Part shown: positions 50,403 through 64,000 of the stretch, in pieces | How positions within the stretch are numbered: the first letter of the stretch is position 1 | Layout of the letters: the number at the start of each line of letters is the position of its first letter | Source: Callorhinchus milii | Taxonomy: Eukaryota | Assembly: GCF_018977255.1 (NCBI RefSeq) | Contig: NW_024704743.1 | Span: forward strand, 108,936,001 to 109,000,000 | DNA length: 64,000 nucleotides | Direction of reading: 5' to 3' | Translations under genes and position numbers: made by a program | The notes under the pieces: model-generated | Database searches by the model: none | What the model was told of the DNA's origin: nothing | What the model saw: only the letters and a program-made list of their open reading frames with translations

Positions 50403-52224
50403 CTGGGAAAGCAAAAAACATATAGAAATAGAACCATAAGAATGTGTGGCAAAGTAGGAGCCTATTCAGCCTACTTTTGTGTATCTCCAAATATTAATAG
50501 CTGTTAGTCTAAACCTTAACGCACACAACCTTAAGACATCCATTCAAATCGGCTTATATAAAAACAATCAGTTATTTTCTCACTGTGGGTTAGCACACTT
50601 GATTGAGAGACGTGTGGAGAAGCACTAATTTTGTTTCACTGTGAGAGGATCAATTACATGGTCTAGATTGCTTTCAAGTCAGAGCATCTCTGGCTGATCA
50701 CATGCAGTTTGACTGTATTCCTTATGCTTAAAAAAAACTAAATTGGACATCGTCCATGGATCTTTGATCTGGAAATTCTAGAGTGTCGTGGGGATTATAA
50801 ACAGCTATCACAGAATACACCAATATCTCCGTATGCACACACACAACAATCTCTGTACTATAATTTTACTGCAGTGCCCCTGACAGTTAGCAATGCGAAT
50901 AGTCTAGTGGCATCACAAGTGCCTTGCTAACCCATAATCATGTTCAGGTTACAGTATTCACATTTCTCATTGGGTGAAAAGACACCAGAAACAGCAATCA
51001 ACATGAAGAGGCAGATCAACAAAGGCTGAGTAATAAAGAATGACATCATTGCTGTGGACTTGTGAAAACCGCCACATTATTGTGACTTTAACAAAATAAA
51101 ACAGCAGCTCTTTTCCTTAAAATATGTGGTATAATCACATTTATGAGACCTTTTCAAGCTGGCAACTACCTTTTACTTTGTCACAGATAGAAATCATTCC
51201 TTCTCCCCCATCCTTATTCCTCATCTTAACTGCTAAGTAACCCAGGCCATTTGTAACATTTATAATGCTGTTGTTTGGATCTATAAACTCCCAGCCAGAT
51301 AGCAAGGCACAATAGCAAATTTCACTATACGTGCACACAGCTGTCTACAATACAAAATGTGCTCAAAGTGACCTTGTGCCGTTAGCATTGCTATTTGGAT
51401 GACCACCTTGACTGAAGACTGAATTTAAGTAGAAAACAAGTTACACAAAAAGTAGAATTTGAAGGTTTGAGATTCTGGAAAGGAAGTCATCAAGAAAAAA
51501 ATAAGATATACTGGCTGTTTAGTATTTTTGAGGAGATAGTAGATCTTAGAAGTGCAATGTATTGCTCTTGTAATTAGAATTCCTTCTAATGTGAGTAATG
51601 GGACCATCTCATGGGAACATAAATGTAGGTCGTCTTGAGTTGCATCCCATATTGGTATCAATATGCATCCCATATTGGTATGAACTAGAAGTCTAGGCTG
51701 ACACAAATGCAGTGCTGGGAGTTGCTGCAATGTTAGAGGTGTAGTTCTTTGGATAAGATATTAAACTGAGGTGGACATTAATGATCTCATTGCACTTTTC
51801 AAAAAGAGAACAACATCCTCCGGAAATGAAATTATTGCCTTAATATATTAAAGGTAAGTATTATTGTAATAATACAGAGCAAAATCTCCCCACTCAAAGC
51901 CCCACGGATAGATTTTCTAAACAGGAACACATATTGGGGGACATGTCACAAAATAGTGCACTACACCTTGCGCTTCAAAAAGCTTAGAGGTTTCACTGTG
52001 ATGTCTTTGGAGAGAGAAACTTGCACTTGATTAAACTGAGCAATGCATCTTGATTCCACTTATTGCAACCTGGCAGCTGGTATTAGTCTGACTGTGGAGA
52101 GAGATGATACCTGAGCGGTATACACCATGGCAATGTCATACCAATAAAGCCAAATAACACACAAGGTAGATGTAATGCCTGGTATTAGGCATGGAGGGAG
52201 GGGGATAAAGGGAAAAGAAAGAGA

Positions 52225-52640
52225 CAACAATAACTTGCATTTATTTAGCGTCCCTCATGCAGGGTAGTGTCCCAAAGCGTTTGACAGTGGCAGACCACGA
52301 CTTTGAACCAGGGGGAGGTGACCGTAGGCACGGTCGAATAGGAAGGTCTTCAGTCACAACTTGAAAATGGTGAAGGAAAGGGCAAGGCAGAGGGACAGAG
52401 AAAGAGTGTTCCAGAGTTTTGAGGCGTAGTGACTGAAAGTGCGGCCACCAACAGTGGAATGGATATGGCATGGGGGACATGCAGGAGGCCGGAGCCAGTC
52501 GAGCAGAGGCAGCAAGTTGTGGGTTGGAGGGTAAGTGGGTGGAGGAGGTAGGGAGGTGCCAGGGCATGAAGAGATTTGAAAACGAGTGTGAGGATCTTGA
52601 AATCGACCCATTCGGTGATGGGAAGCAGTGGAGTTTGGCT
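52225..52640 (-). mobile_element. L2-like LINE 3' fragment
   Basis: FKILTLVFKSLHALAPPYL and GGRTFSHYASKLWNTL. Confidence 0.85.
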
Positions 52641-53716
52641 AGAAATGGTGTGATACATCCACACACCCGGGAAACTTTGTGAAACCCCAAAATAAAGGGC
52701 TTGTGTAAAGCAAATTATACCTGATGCTTTTCTGTTAATCTCAACAGATTGCAACCTCATAGCACTTGTACAACAAGCAATGTATTCTTGTCCATCACCC
52801 AGTTAAATAAGGAATATCATCACACAGCACAATGGTTTAAGCAACTTAAGAATGTGTTCATTTTCTGGGTCATTAAACATGGCAGAAAAAAATGTTCCAA
52901 AAAAGGCAGTGCCTGTATGATTTTCCCACCACTGATAAACTCAATTTATCAATATCAGGAAAATTAACATTTTACCAGTTGTTCCAAGTCAATAAAATAT
53001 ATATATCAACGTTTTGATGATAAACAAGTTTATTGGTCTCCTGATTTATGAGGTCTTGATCCTTAACTGTTTCACCCCACTCAACCTCAGCTTTTGCCCT
53101 GGCTACTCGTTCCACTGATGGAACGAGTAGCCAGGGCAGCCTCCTTTATTCCCAAACTGACAATTCCATCCCGGAGTCCCACTCGCTTCGGTTCCCTCTT
53201 CAAAACCCACTTTACAAATAGTCTTTGTGACTGTGCTTTTAGCCACCTATCTTCCCAACACCCAACCCACACCGCCCCCACCCCATCAGCTGTGTGAAGT
53301 GTTTTGAGGCGTCTACTGGATGCGTTAGACGCTATATAAATGCAAATTACATTTGAACACACTCCAGTTTATTGATCCACTGAATTTGGTCAAGCAAGTT
53401 AAGCATATGTATTAACTGGATAGTCAGTGAACTGTTTCAAAGACGAGATAACAAAGGTTTCAACATTAGCCATGCTTCAACATTGCTGTGGTATTCAAGA
53501 CCCTGATGAAGTCTGACGTTATCAGTCTGGTGTGGTTCTTTGACATGCCTTGTATAGCTCTTTGCTGCATTCCTTTTCTATCAATGTTAAAGTTCTGAAC
53601 TAAGGAGGAAAATGTTACACAGTCAGGCAGAATTATTCAAGCATAAATCCCTTCCTGGGAATTGTTAACACTTTTCACCCAACGTCACAGAAATAATGAT
53701 TAAATAAAGTACGTAC

Positions 53717-53800
53717 AGTGCAAAAGATGGAAGTCAATGTAAAGATGAGAGCCTCTTCTTTCTGGTTCAAAACATGCTCGACTCCTCACTCGTACATCTC
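53717..53800 (-). CDS. PDE7A: PDE7A exon ([28 protein letters not shown])
   Basis: 84 nt, TAG acceptor, GTACGT donor. Confidence 0.92.
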
Positions 53801-55901
53801 CTAGAAAAGAGCAAGAACAGGGGTGGGGAAAGAGTTAAAATAATTTAACGAGTGAGTTGGGGAGTCTGCCACCACCTGGAAGTTGCATCCAGTAACAACA
53901 TATTGGAGGATGGAATAAAAAATAATAACAATAATCCTTGCGTTTGATATAGAGCCTTGTCACATATTCGAGGCGTATCAAAACGCTTCAGATTATACTG
54001 TAAAGGAAGAAAACTGGAGGTGATATATAGGGTTTATATAAATGCTTAACTAGTTTACTCTTCCCAACAGAATCAAGCCAAAACTGAACATGGTGTTCCT
54101 GTACATAGCCTCAATTCACAAATTGTCTCTTCCTATTAGTACCTCAGAGAACTTTTACGAATCAATCATTTAGTCCAAATGCAGCGCAAAAAGATTTTTT
54201 TTAAATGAATTGGTTTGAATGAGGCAAAGTGTGCAGAAGTTTAAACACCAGGGTTTTTCTTTGGGGAAGTGTGGGGGGAGAATAGAGGTTGCATTAAGGT
54301 GCGACTTATACTCAATTGTTTCAGCGATTAAAAAGTACTGCTTTGTGAACCAAATTCAGTTGATAAAAATGCCTTCCAACAGGTCCTATTTTACATCACA
54401 TTGGAAACCTATGTTATAACTTTGACAGCTGTACTGTTGTATCTTTTTAAAAAAAATTAATGTTCACATACAACATTTAAAACACAAACAACAACAAGAT
54501 TACAGTTGTATAGCGCCTTTCACGTCAGGAGGACGTCCCAAAGCACTGGACAGCGTACAGCATTTCAGAATGATTGCATCAGGCACATTAAGCTATGCAG
54601 GGTCATACCCAATAAATGGTGAATGCTCACTTTGTAGTCAGAAGAGAAATGAACTCTAAGCTTGTGGTGAGCATATAAACCACAACTGAGGACATTTGGA
54701 TCTTCTCAGAATTCAGTACTCCTCTTAGATGTAAACATTTGTGAATGAATTCATGCTGATAAGTGAGAAAACTGTGCTGTATGGAGTCTCTTGGTTTGCA
54801 TACAGCACAGAGATGTGAACCGATTTCAAGGTCATTAATCTCAGTTTGTCAACCAAGGGTTGTTGGTGCACATAATCATGCCAAGACATTAGCATGATTG
54901 TTGCTAAGTTTTGTCCCTTTTTTATATAAATTTATATAAATTGCATATTACAGTAGAACCTTGTTTTAACGTGCTCAATTATAAAGCGAATTTGCTGAAT
55001 AACTGGAGAAAGTACTTGAATGCTCCAGGATACAGGAATGTAGGAAAAGTAAACTGAGTAAACAATATTCGATACAATAAACTTTGTTAAATTNAAAAAA
55101 GGGATAATATCTTCAAAGGAAAACTCATCTGTGTGGCAAATATGTGTGGCTATTATAATTTAAGTGCCTTTGAGAAAATTAGATTTGTACTTGCTATTTT
55201 ATTATTTCTCTTATTCTGCTCAAGTGTTATTATGTTCAGGAACAATCTACAGTCTACTTGAAGCAGGGTGTAAATCCCTCTAGTCGAGGGTGAAAACCTA
55301 CAAAGAGGAGACGAAATGTCATCCAAAATGTGACTTGGAGTCCCCTCAACCTAGCCAGAATTACTGCTGACATCTGTTTTCATGAGGAAACATAGGTTGA
55401 AAGAGCCTATATGTGTTCTACATTGTCCACAGGGAGATCAACAAAATGCAAGAGAAATTTTCAAAAAGCATGAAAGACGCTGTACAAAACGTAAAGATTT
55501 ATTAATGATTATTAATATTGATGTTAACATAATAAAATGCACCAGGTCCCTCAGATTTTGCAAAATGATGGTTCTAATATGAAAATCTAATACAATCAGT
55601 CTTCTAGGTGATCTTTTGGAACTCATCTCTTCTAATGATGCTTCGATTCTGTAGCTCTCATACTTATTAGTGAGCTTTCAATTCATGACTTACGACCCAA
55701 CCAAATGAGTTGGCTCTATCGGAAAGATATTTTCCTCAATTCTTCTGAAAATTCTTAATCCAGAACAAATAAAGCATAGGAATTAATCTCAACATTTTTC
55801 AAGACATTTCACTTAATGATTCTAGGTACAAAGCAGGAGTTTGTAACTCTAAAGGTAAAACATTCAACTTATTTTGATAGAACATAATAAGGTTTACTCA
55901 C

Positions 55902-55962
55902 CTAACATACGAATGTACAAAGCAGCTTGATCTGAGCTGTCGTAAGATATTGCCCCTCGTCT
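55902..55962 (-). CDS. PDE7A: PDE7A exon 2 ([20 protein letters not shown])
   Basis: 61 nt, TTTTTCAG acceptor, GTGAGT donor; PKA pseudosubstrate-type RRGAIS. Confidence 0.93.
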
Positions 55963-57602
55963 CTGAAAAATAAGGCAACAATGAAGGATGATATTCTGTA
56001 AAGAAGTTTAGCTCAACTAAACAGTAAATCTTAAAACAATTAACACAATAAAACACAAAAGTATTGAAAACCATAGCACAAAAAATTCAATAAAAACATC
56101 ACGACTCAAAATACAGAACCAGAAAATGCTATCCATCTCCCACCTTCCTTAGATAGCAGCATGTAGAAGATTTATTTTATTATAATTAACTCTACAAATG
56201 TGGATGGGGGCGGGTTGGGAGGGAGGTGGGGGGAGAAAGTAGAAAGTCATTACAATAAAAAAAATCTCATCCAGGGCTTTAGGTGAGAAACTATTGTATG
56301 TATATTCATATTATGTACATGAAATACACCCCTCAAAATAGCAGTTATGAAATGGGAAGAATACACCAGCAAATCTACCAAAGGTGTAGCATCCCACCCA
56401 ACAGCCATTTGAGAAGACAAGGAAAATTAAAGTCCACGAGAGTGACAGTGATGGCTCCCGTAGGATAAGGAAAGGTGGCTGAGGATTCACTGGAAACTGA
56501 GGCAGGTGAATAACACAGTTTGACTGATCTGGGTGTTAATTTTGCTCTTCCGTATCAAATATGTTTGATTTGGCCTTCACTGTGTGGATTAAAATTTACA
56601 ATCAAATGTCACACAAAAACTATCGAGTTCTCAAATTCAAGAAACCAACTAAATCGGCAAACATAGTACAAGCACAGAAAGAACAAAAACACATTACAGT
56701 TCATCCAGCTTAGTCCAAGAATTTAAAAACAACCTACATTCTCAATTTCTTCATCAAATAATTAATTCCCTCTTGAATTTTCTGACAGAATCCTCCCTTG
56801 ACAGTCTATTTACCAGTATGTGAAATACTCTGTACAAAACAATTACATCTGAAAAGGCTCCTCACTTTCCCTCTCCCAATTTTCATATCTATATTCATAA
56901 GCTCTCATTCTGCTTTAGTTAAGCTGCAACTACAGAGGTTGGATTGGTTCCAAAGTAATAATTTCAGCTTGTTGTCTGGGTGTGGTGCACCAAAGATATC
57001 AAAAGTATTCAGTTGCTCAATTGTGTTTGCTTATTTTAAAAAAATGTGGCAGTCCTTTTGCAAACCAGTTTCTTGACTCTCCGTGGGAGGGTAACAAGCC
57101 ATCTTCAAACTTTCATTCTCTATGCCAGCTATCACAACCTCACCTTCCAAACCCATTTCACAATCTCTATCAATTTTTAAAGCTATACTGGGAAACATGC
57201 AAAGAAATATTGAGGCAGAAACACTCAATTTTGTTCCTACTCTTGTGGTAAAGATTTGCTCCATTTCACTGTATTCCCTTGGTCTACTGTACTTAGCCAT
57301 GCTCATCCCACTCATCCCCTTTCCCTATGATCCTTGGATTTCATCGTCCTGGGTTCAGCAAGTATAGTGAGTGATTTAATCAGAGTGGATAATGCATTTT
57401 CCCAGCCAATTGTAAAAGGTCACCCAGAAGACTCTTCTTCATTTAACATACACATACATACACACACACCACACACAGCCTCAATGTGGGTATTACATTT
57501 ATCTTTTTGTAAAGTCAATTGTGGCTATTATACAAATCTAATCTATGTTAGGTGTTTTAATGTATCAATATATAGAAAAAACAAGTCAGCTAAAAAGTAT
57601 AG

Positions 57603-57966
57603 TAATAATAATAAATCCTTGCATTTTATTTAGCGCCTTATCACGTCTTCAAGACGTCTCAAAGCACTTCACAGAATATATGGTAGTGACTGTATATTTT
57701 GTGGACGAAACGCGGCAGCCAATTGCACACAACAGTGTCCCACGACTGTTGTTTTGAGTGACCTAATTATTATTTTATTTGAAGGAATTATTACCCCCAG
57801 AAAGTGATCCAACAATCGATTAACAACCAGCTTCCTACTTACTGTTAGGTTAAACAGAGGTGTGTGGAGTAAAGAGACTTGGCCAATGTTTCACCCTGCC
57901 AGGAATCGAACCCGGGTCCTCTCGCTTGTGAGGCGAATGCTCTAGCTACTAAACTATAGGACTTCA
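57603..57966 (-). mobile_element. Full-length tRNA-derived SINE (long variant)
   Basis: tRNA-like head with B box GGTTCGATTCC, Deu-like core and (TTA)n tail. Confidence 0.88.
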
Positions 57967-60174
57967 CAGCTTAGTGTGGGAGGAGGCATGGTAAAAAAGA
58001 ACACAGAGGATTACGATTTCAAAAGATAAGTTAACGGGCAGAGAATCTAAAAGCCACTCGAGCACGGACAGAGTGAAACTCATTCACTCCCTGTGAAACA
58101 ATAATACGACTTAACTACCTGCTTGATAAGGAAATAAAAGCAAATCCTTTATAAGATTCAAATTTGTGCAGTATTATGACAAAGGCATTAATTAGTTAGT
58201 CTTCTGGATCATTTTGAGTAGAATCAAAATGTTTTTAAACAGCCAGCAGAGGGCTCCAGTTTCCTTAGTGTGTTCACCAGTTGAGGTGCGACAATTCCAA
58301 AACTCATTATAGAAATCACTAAATTTCCAAGTGTTCCAAGTAATAATAATACATGCATTTGATATAGCGCCTTATCACGTCTTCGAGACATCTCAAAGCA
58401 TTTCACAGAATATACTGTAAATTACAGTGGTATTTAAATACATTTGCTTAAAGTTATCAAGACCAGATATCAAGTTTAACATATTTGTTTTAAAGAACAG
58501 CGCCTCTAACACCCCCAGCACTGGATTGGAGTGACAATTTCAACCTGAGTTTCAACAAAAATAAATTACATTTTATAGTGTTTCACTTTAGGAGGTCATC
58601 GCAAGGCACTGGACACCCGAGTGTGATGCGAGTCAAAAGGGGTGGTTGGGTGGGTTGGGTGAGCAAGGAAAGATGTCTGAAAGCGCTTCAAAGAGGCAGG
58701 ACTTAAGGCAGACATTGGAGGAGGCAAGGAAAGGAGCAAATTGTAGGGGCTCCAGAAAGGAGATCGTTGTCAATTCCAAGACTTAGCACTGGGTGTGCTA
58801 AGTTTGAACCCACAACCTTCTGACTCGGAGGCGGGAATGCTACCAATTTTAGCCAGGCTAACATACAAGGATACGGTGTATCCTAGCACCCAGCACATAC
58901 TTTACTGCTTCACCACATTTTCAAAGTGATTAGCCTCTCATCTCAAAATGTTTGACCACTAGGAGGCCTTTAAAGAATTGATTCCAAGTGAAGAGAACAG
59001 TCAGCCTATAACAACAACAAAATTACATTTGTATAGCTCCTTTCAGGTCGGGAGCACGTCCCAAGGAGCTGGACAATCAATGTTTCGGACACAATTGCAG
59101 ATTAAAGGAAATGAAAGAGAAATGGCTTTGAGTTACAACAGAACCAAAAGATTAGCCTCCCGTTCAAGTTTGCTCTAGTTTCGCACCCCCACCCCCACTC
59201 CTAAAAGGAAGCCACAGTAGTCAATGGTCTCAACAAAACTACAATATTAGAATACAAAACATAATTGATTTCCTATAAATCATTTTAGCAGAGAACATTC
59301 TACATGCAATTCTCTAGAAATCTTTCCTTTTCGACTGTGCTTAAGGTCTCCTCCAGCTCACCCCACCTCCCACCGCCCGGCTCGGAGTCAGGTTCCGCCA
59401 CTATTAAGCGCTCTGAGACACTACCCTGCGTGGAGGGCACTATGTAAGTGAAAGTTGTTTTTGTGTGATGTATCAAGGCTTTTAGTAGCACTGCAGTGCA
59501 ATTGTAAAAACAAAGGGATACTGATGGGATACAATGCAAATTCTACCAAACATTACTCTTCAGGGATATACTACAGTTTTCATGAATGCAGTTTAAAAAA
59601 AATATTTCTAGATAGCTATGGTGCAGAATGCATTTGTTATGAACACCAATTTAAGGAGTTATTCATCTACTTTAAGTTCAATGTTCCTTCTTGTATCTGT
59701 AGCTTTAAATATGGGGCTTATAAAGCAATCTCTTCCATTCTTTTTAAGTGGTTGGTACTAAAAGCCGTGTCAGAAAGATAGAAACCCACCCAATACAGAA
59801 TGCTCACAATAAAGTCAGCAGTTTTCCAGATATCCATTAAAAAATCATCAGATGGGTTTGTAGGAATATAGTGTCACTCTTACTGCTATCAGTTGCTGAA
59901 GTCTGTCATGTAATCATTCATCAGCAGACATCAAGCATGACCATCTTCTCAGTAAAACTGCAGTTTCACTCACTAACATGATTAATCCATTTACTGCCAA
60001 CGGTCAATGTAAAGCTATTTGCTCAATATATGAACATGCACAGGAACACCTCAAGTGAAAAAGTCTTGCATGTGCAGTAACGTAGTGTCAGTGTCTTGTT
60101 TTTTCTGTGCTACAAAAAACACGTAGCTACACAAAGCAAAATACATCCAAGAATCCCTGCATACCTCGATTAAT

Positions 60175-61105
60175 ACAACAACAAAATTACATTTGTAAAG
60201 TGCCTTCCACGTCGAGAGGACGTCCCAAGGCACTGGACAATCAGTTTTCGGACCCGAGCTGGGGGTCGGGATGCGGAGGGTGAGGGGCAGGGGGAGAAGG
60301 AGGGTGGTTAAAGGCACGGTCGAAGAGGAGGGTCTTGAGATGGGTTTTGAAGGAGGTAAGGGAGGAGGCGAGGTGGAGGAACTGCGGGATGGAGTTCCAG
60401 AGCATGGGGGCAGTGGCTGAAGGCCCGCCCACCAATGGTGGGGTGGGCGAGGCGGACGACGTGACGCTGGCCACAGCCCACGAGCGGAAGGAGCGGGCAG
60501 GTTGGTAGGGGGTTAGGAGGTAACAGAGGTAGGAGGGGAGCAAGGCCAACGCGTGTTTGAGGGTTTCAGCGGCCAGCGGTGTGAGACAGTGGCAGAGCCG
60601 GGCGATATTGCGGAATTGGGGGAAGACAGAGCGGGTCATGGCACAGATGTGGGATAGAAAGAATAGTTGAGGGTAAAACAAGACAGCAAGGTTCCAGACT
60701 GGCTTAGTAAGGTGGAGTTTGCATCCTTGGATAATAAGGTGAGGAGGCGCTGACGGGAGACAATCAGGAGGGCCTTGGTCTTGTTGACGTTCAACTGAAG
60801 AAAGTTGGCTCTCATCCAGGACTTGATGTCTGACAGACATTCTGTCAGGACAGCAGTGGCCCTGGAGTCAAGGGTGGATGGAGGTAGAGAGATAGTTGGG
60901 TGTCATCCGCATACATGTGAACGTTGACCCCATGTCTGCGGATGATGCCACCAAGAGGGAGCATATAGATATTGAAGAGAGAACCAAGGGCAGAGCCCTG
61001 AGGAACGCTGCATGAGACAGTGCCGGGACTAGAGGAGAAGCCATTTGTGGAGATGAATTGGAGACGGTATGAGAAGTAGGATCTGAACTATTCAAGGACA
61101 GAACC
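60175..61105 (-). mobile_element. L2-like LINE 3' fragment with intact YADD segment
   Basis: HMYADDTQ encoded at about 60898-60921 (-); long ORF 60241..60840; (CAA)n tail. Confidence 0.9.
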
Positions 61106-62969
61106 ACAAACCATAATACTGGACAATTTAGATGAACCTGGTCAACTTTTACTGTTTAACAACTTACGTTCCAAAACTTAATCGTTGTTGATGGGTCATG
61201 GCTGTGACACATTGGCTGCCATGTTTGTCTAAAAAATACAGTCTCTAGACTTTACAGTAAATCCTGTGAAGCACTTGAAGACTTCTTCTCAACTTGAAAG
61301 GCACTATATCAAATGCAAGGATAAGGATAATTAATTCCCAGTAAAAATGTTACTGGGGGCAGAGACTCTTCCCACTCAGCTCCCATTAATCCTGCAAATT
61401 AAAGTCCAAATGGGTGGGGGATTCCAAGATGGTCAAGCAACAGGAAGCTTTCCAGACAGCAATTTTTATGGCAAGATGTGTAGTTTTAGCTGGTTAGACT
61501 CCAGCAGTGTTTAAGTCTTGCCCCAAATCAACATTCTGGGATCCCTAAGCCTTGGCTCTTCCAAACTGTGGCTAATAGTCTCTGGATTTGGTAAGTCATA
61601 GGAATTGTCATGTCTAGGTGGCATGCTACCACTGTCTGACCTTAAGCATAGCATTAGATTTTCGTATGGATCATACACCTGGCTGACCAAAACAGTATCA
61701 AAGAAAATACTACATACAAGTAGAATTTACTTTTGGCTGCAACTTTTATTTCACAATAAGTTTATTGGAACAATTCCTAGCTTTATTTTGATGCATTTCC
61801 TTAGCCATAGATTTCAGTTGCACATATGCTGGAACTATACTAAAGGTTTCAGTATCATTCTGCAAAGCAGTCAAAAAATTCCATATAACTCATAGGACAA
61901 AACAAAAACACAAACTAGTCCAGTGGAATTTCTATACTCCAGACTAACTAATCTCATTACAAATTTGGCTCACGGGCTACAATCACAAGAGATAATGAAG
62001 GCTCTTCAACTCATTTTTATCTTGTTCTTCCAGAATACTAAGCCTGCAAAAAAACATCAAGTGGTTTTGTAAGAGTCCAGTAACCTGACCTCAACAACCC
62101 TCCCCCATAACCAGTTTGAACTGTTAATTACCCATTGCACATATATACATTTCCTAGTGTGTCCTAAAGCTTCCTTCACAACCCAGAACCTGTGACCTCG
62201 TTCCTCTTCCTATGCTGAATGGAATCTGAAATACTTTTTATATTCCATTCAGCATATTTCTACCTCTGTAAAATCTTCACTGAATAAGGGTGTTTCAAAG
62301 CTAAAAAGCTCAAACCATTCCTTACAGCCAAACTAAACAACTTTGCTTTCAATATACTTAATACTGCAGTAAACAAGTTAATCTCAAAATTTGAGTAGCT
62401 TGTGCTAGTCCTTTGTTCCTCTAAACTTTCCTCTTATTCCTGCTGAACTCCAAATACATCACCTAAACTCCAAGGCCAAACTCACTGTACAATTTTCTCT
62501 ATCCAATTGCTTTTTTCCATAGCTTTCAAACATACAGATCTCTTTCACTCCCTCTTAGAAGGTACAGGCCTTCGAAATCACCTGATCGTTCACCAAAATT
62601 TAGCCTCTCTCATTGCTTGAAACCTTGGTCATGTTCTGCAACAAGGCCTTTGGCCCTTTACCAAGGTTTCAAGAGTTTTTTTTACAAAAATTTAAATTCA
62701 AATAAACCACGTCAGCGACTATAATTAACTTTCACCTGTTGGGAATTGGTGGCCAAATTAAATCTATATCTACAGCCGGCAGCTCCCCACAGAGGACTAG
62801 ACTGTGAGCATTAAGTCTCAACATGCAGCTTTAACCTACAACCTTCTGCCCCAGAAGAGGCAGGAGTGCTATTTTAACTGAGCCAAACTATAGTTGAAAT
62901 TCAGCACCACCCCCCCTCTCCCCTCACCTATGAAATGACAAATTACACTCATAGGATCCTCAGTGAATG

Positions 62970-63600
62970 AAGAGTCAGCCCACAACCTTGCAGCTTTATT
63001 TTCTTTCGAACTCCACAATCTAGCAGTTGAACCTCCCGTTCATACCTTCATCACCCTTGATTTCTCAAACATTTTCTTCGCTAGGTTCCCTTATTCCATC
63101 CCTATAATGTCCAGCTCCAACAGAATTCCACACTCTCATCCTCTTCAATACTTGGCTGTACATTCCCAACACCAATTCAGACTCCCTTGGCTCTGTGTGC
63201 CACTAGAACCCAAAAGTCTTGTTCAGACTTTCATTAAATTTTAAATCATCCCTCTGCTACAATCTGCTCCAGGGTTACTCTCCCACTGTGCCAACCTGCA
63301 AACTAAGGCATGCCTCATGTCCTCCGCCACCAATCCATGGCGAATTTTCAGTCACTATACCCATGTTGCCTCGAAACTGACCGTCCCCTAAATATCTTTG
63401 CCTAACATTTTAAAAAAATATGCCCCCACCCAACCAGACATTAAATTTTTTTTTAAATCCTACCTCCTCTGAGCTTTCAGTCATCTTCCACCTACCCGCC
63501 CCTCCCCCACCCCACTCGGTGATCCACTCTGTGCCTGAAAAGCATTTCAAGACGTTTTCCTGGGTAAAAGGCACGACACAAACATGGGTTGTTGTTGTTC
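62970..63600 (+). mobile_element. Highly degenerate L2-like 3' fragment
   Basis: VHTFITLDFSN-like remnant and a (TTG)n tail at about 63590. Confidence 0.55.
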
Positions 63601-64000
63601 AAATATTCATGCACCTTCATTCTAGAACGAGAAGGTTTCACAATCCAAATTCCAAAATATTTCAATTAGTTGGCAGAAATTTTATTTTTGGACTTCTGAA
63701 ATAATTTACGTGTTGAAATGACGAGTGCATAATTTCCACGCTTTACTACTTACAAATACTTGCGTTTATATATCGCCCTTCAAACGGGTAGCATCTCTTT
63801 AGCGTCATGTTGGCTGGACAATTTTAACATTTATTGAAGATGCACAAGCTTTATAATACACCCAAAGAATATTTCACACCATAAGTCAGAAGCTGCATTT
63901 CGCCCTCAAAATCTAGTCAATTCACTTTGCGGTATATTCTATTAAGCACTTGAGACATCTCAAAACATGATAAGGACTGTATCAAATGCAAGGATTATTA

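Larger units (their letters stand above)
39145..55962 (-). other. PDE7A: PDE7A (high-affinity cAMP phosphodiesterase 7A) gene span, 5'-partial; 12 coding exons, 427 aa in window
   Basis: [13 protein letters not shown]-terminal motif and class I PDE signatures YHNxxH, HDx[29 protein letters not shown]. Synteny with MTFR1 and ARMC1 favours 7A over 7B. Confidence 0.95.

Noticed and set aside
54948..55000. TACAGTAGAACC... resembling a Tc1/mariner (Tigger-like) terminal repeat; similar hints near 47140 and 33400
   Set aside because: I found no matching second terminus, so it is too weak to call.
56800..57320. Possible alternative first coding exon of PDE7A (94-aa ORF 57031..57315; donor-like GTAAAT near 56812)
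   Set aside because: The ORF stops before any donor, and the nearest ATG-led frame ends in phase 1 while exon 2 needs phase 0. No similarity to PDE7A N-termini that I recall. A non-coding exon cannot be excluded.

Overview
Vertebrate genomic DNA. The repeats (CR1/L2 LINEs, tRNA-headed DeuSINE-like SINEs) suggest a cartilaginous fish; this is inference, and the compact introns would fit a chimaera. The window holds the ARMC1-MTFR1-PDE7A block. ARMC1 is on the minus strand (6 coding exons, 275 aa) and MTFR1 on the plus strand (7 coding exons, 334 aa). They sit head-to-head across a CpG-island promoter, with only about 600 bp between their predicted first-exon splice donors. PDE7A is on the minus strand, convergent with MTFR1, with 12 coding exons (427 aa) in the window and its first exon not found here. 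All exons were traced by hand through GT-AG sites with consistent phase. The most notable observations are: (1) the tight bidirectional promoter shared by two mitochondria-associated proteins, flanked by a ~520-bp G-rich pentamer array; (2) uORFs in both 5' UTRs, one with a stop overlapping the ARMC1 start; (3) a 58-bp tandem duplication carrying four AGGTCA half-sites; (4) unusual substitutions around the PDE7A substrate pocket; (5) interleaved poly(A) signals on both strands between MTFR1 and PDE7A; (6) an L2 copy whose YADD segment is relocated and inverted; and (7) several near-perfect hairpins. I found no prokaryote-type system and no novel protein-coding gene that I can support.
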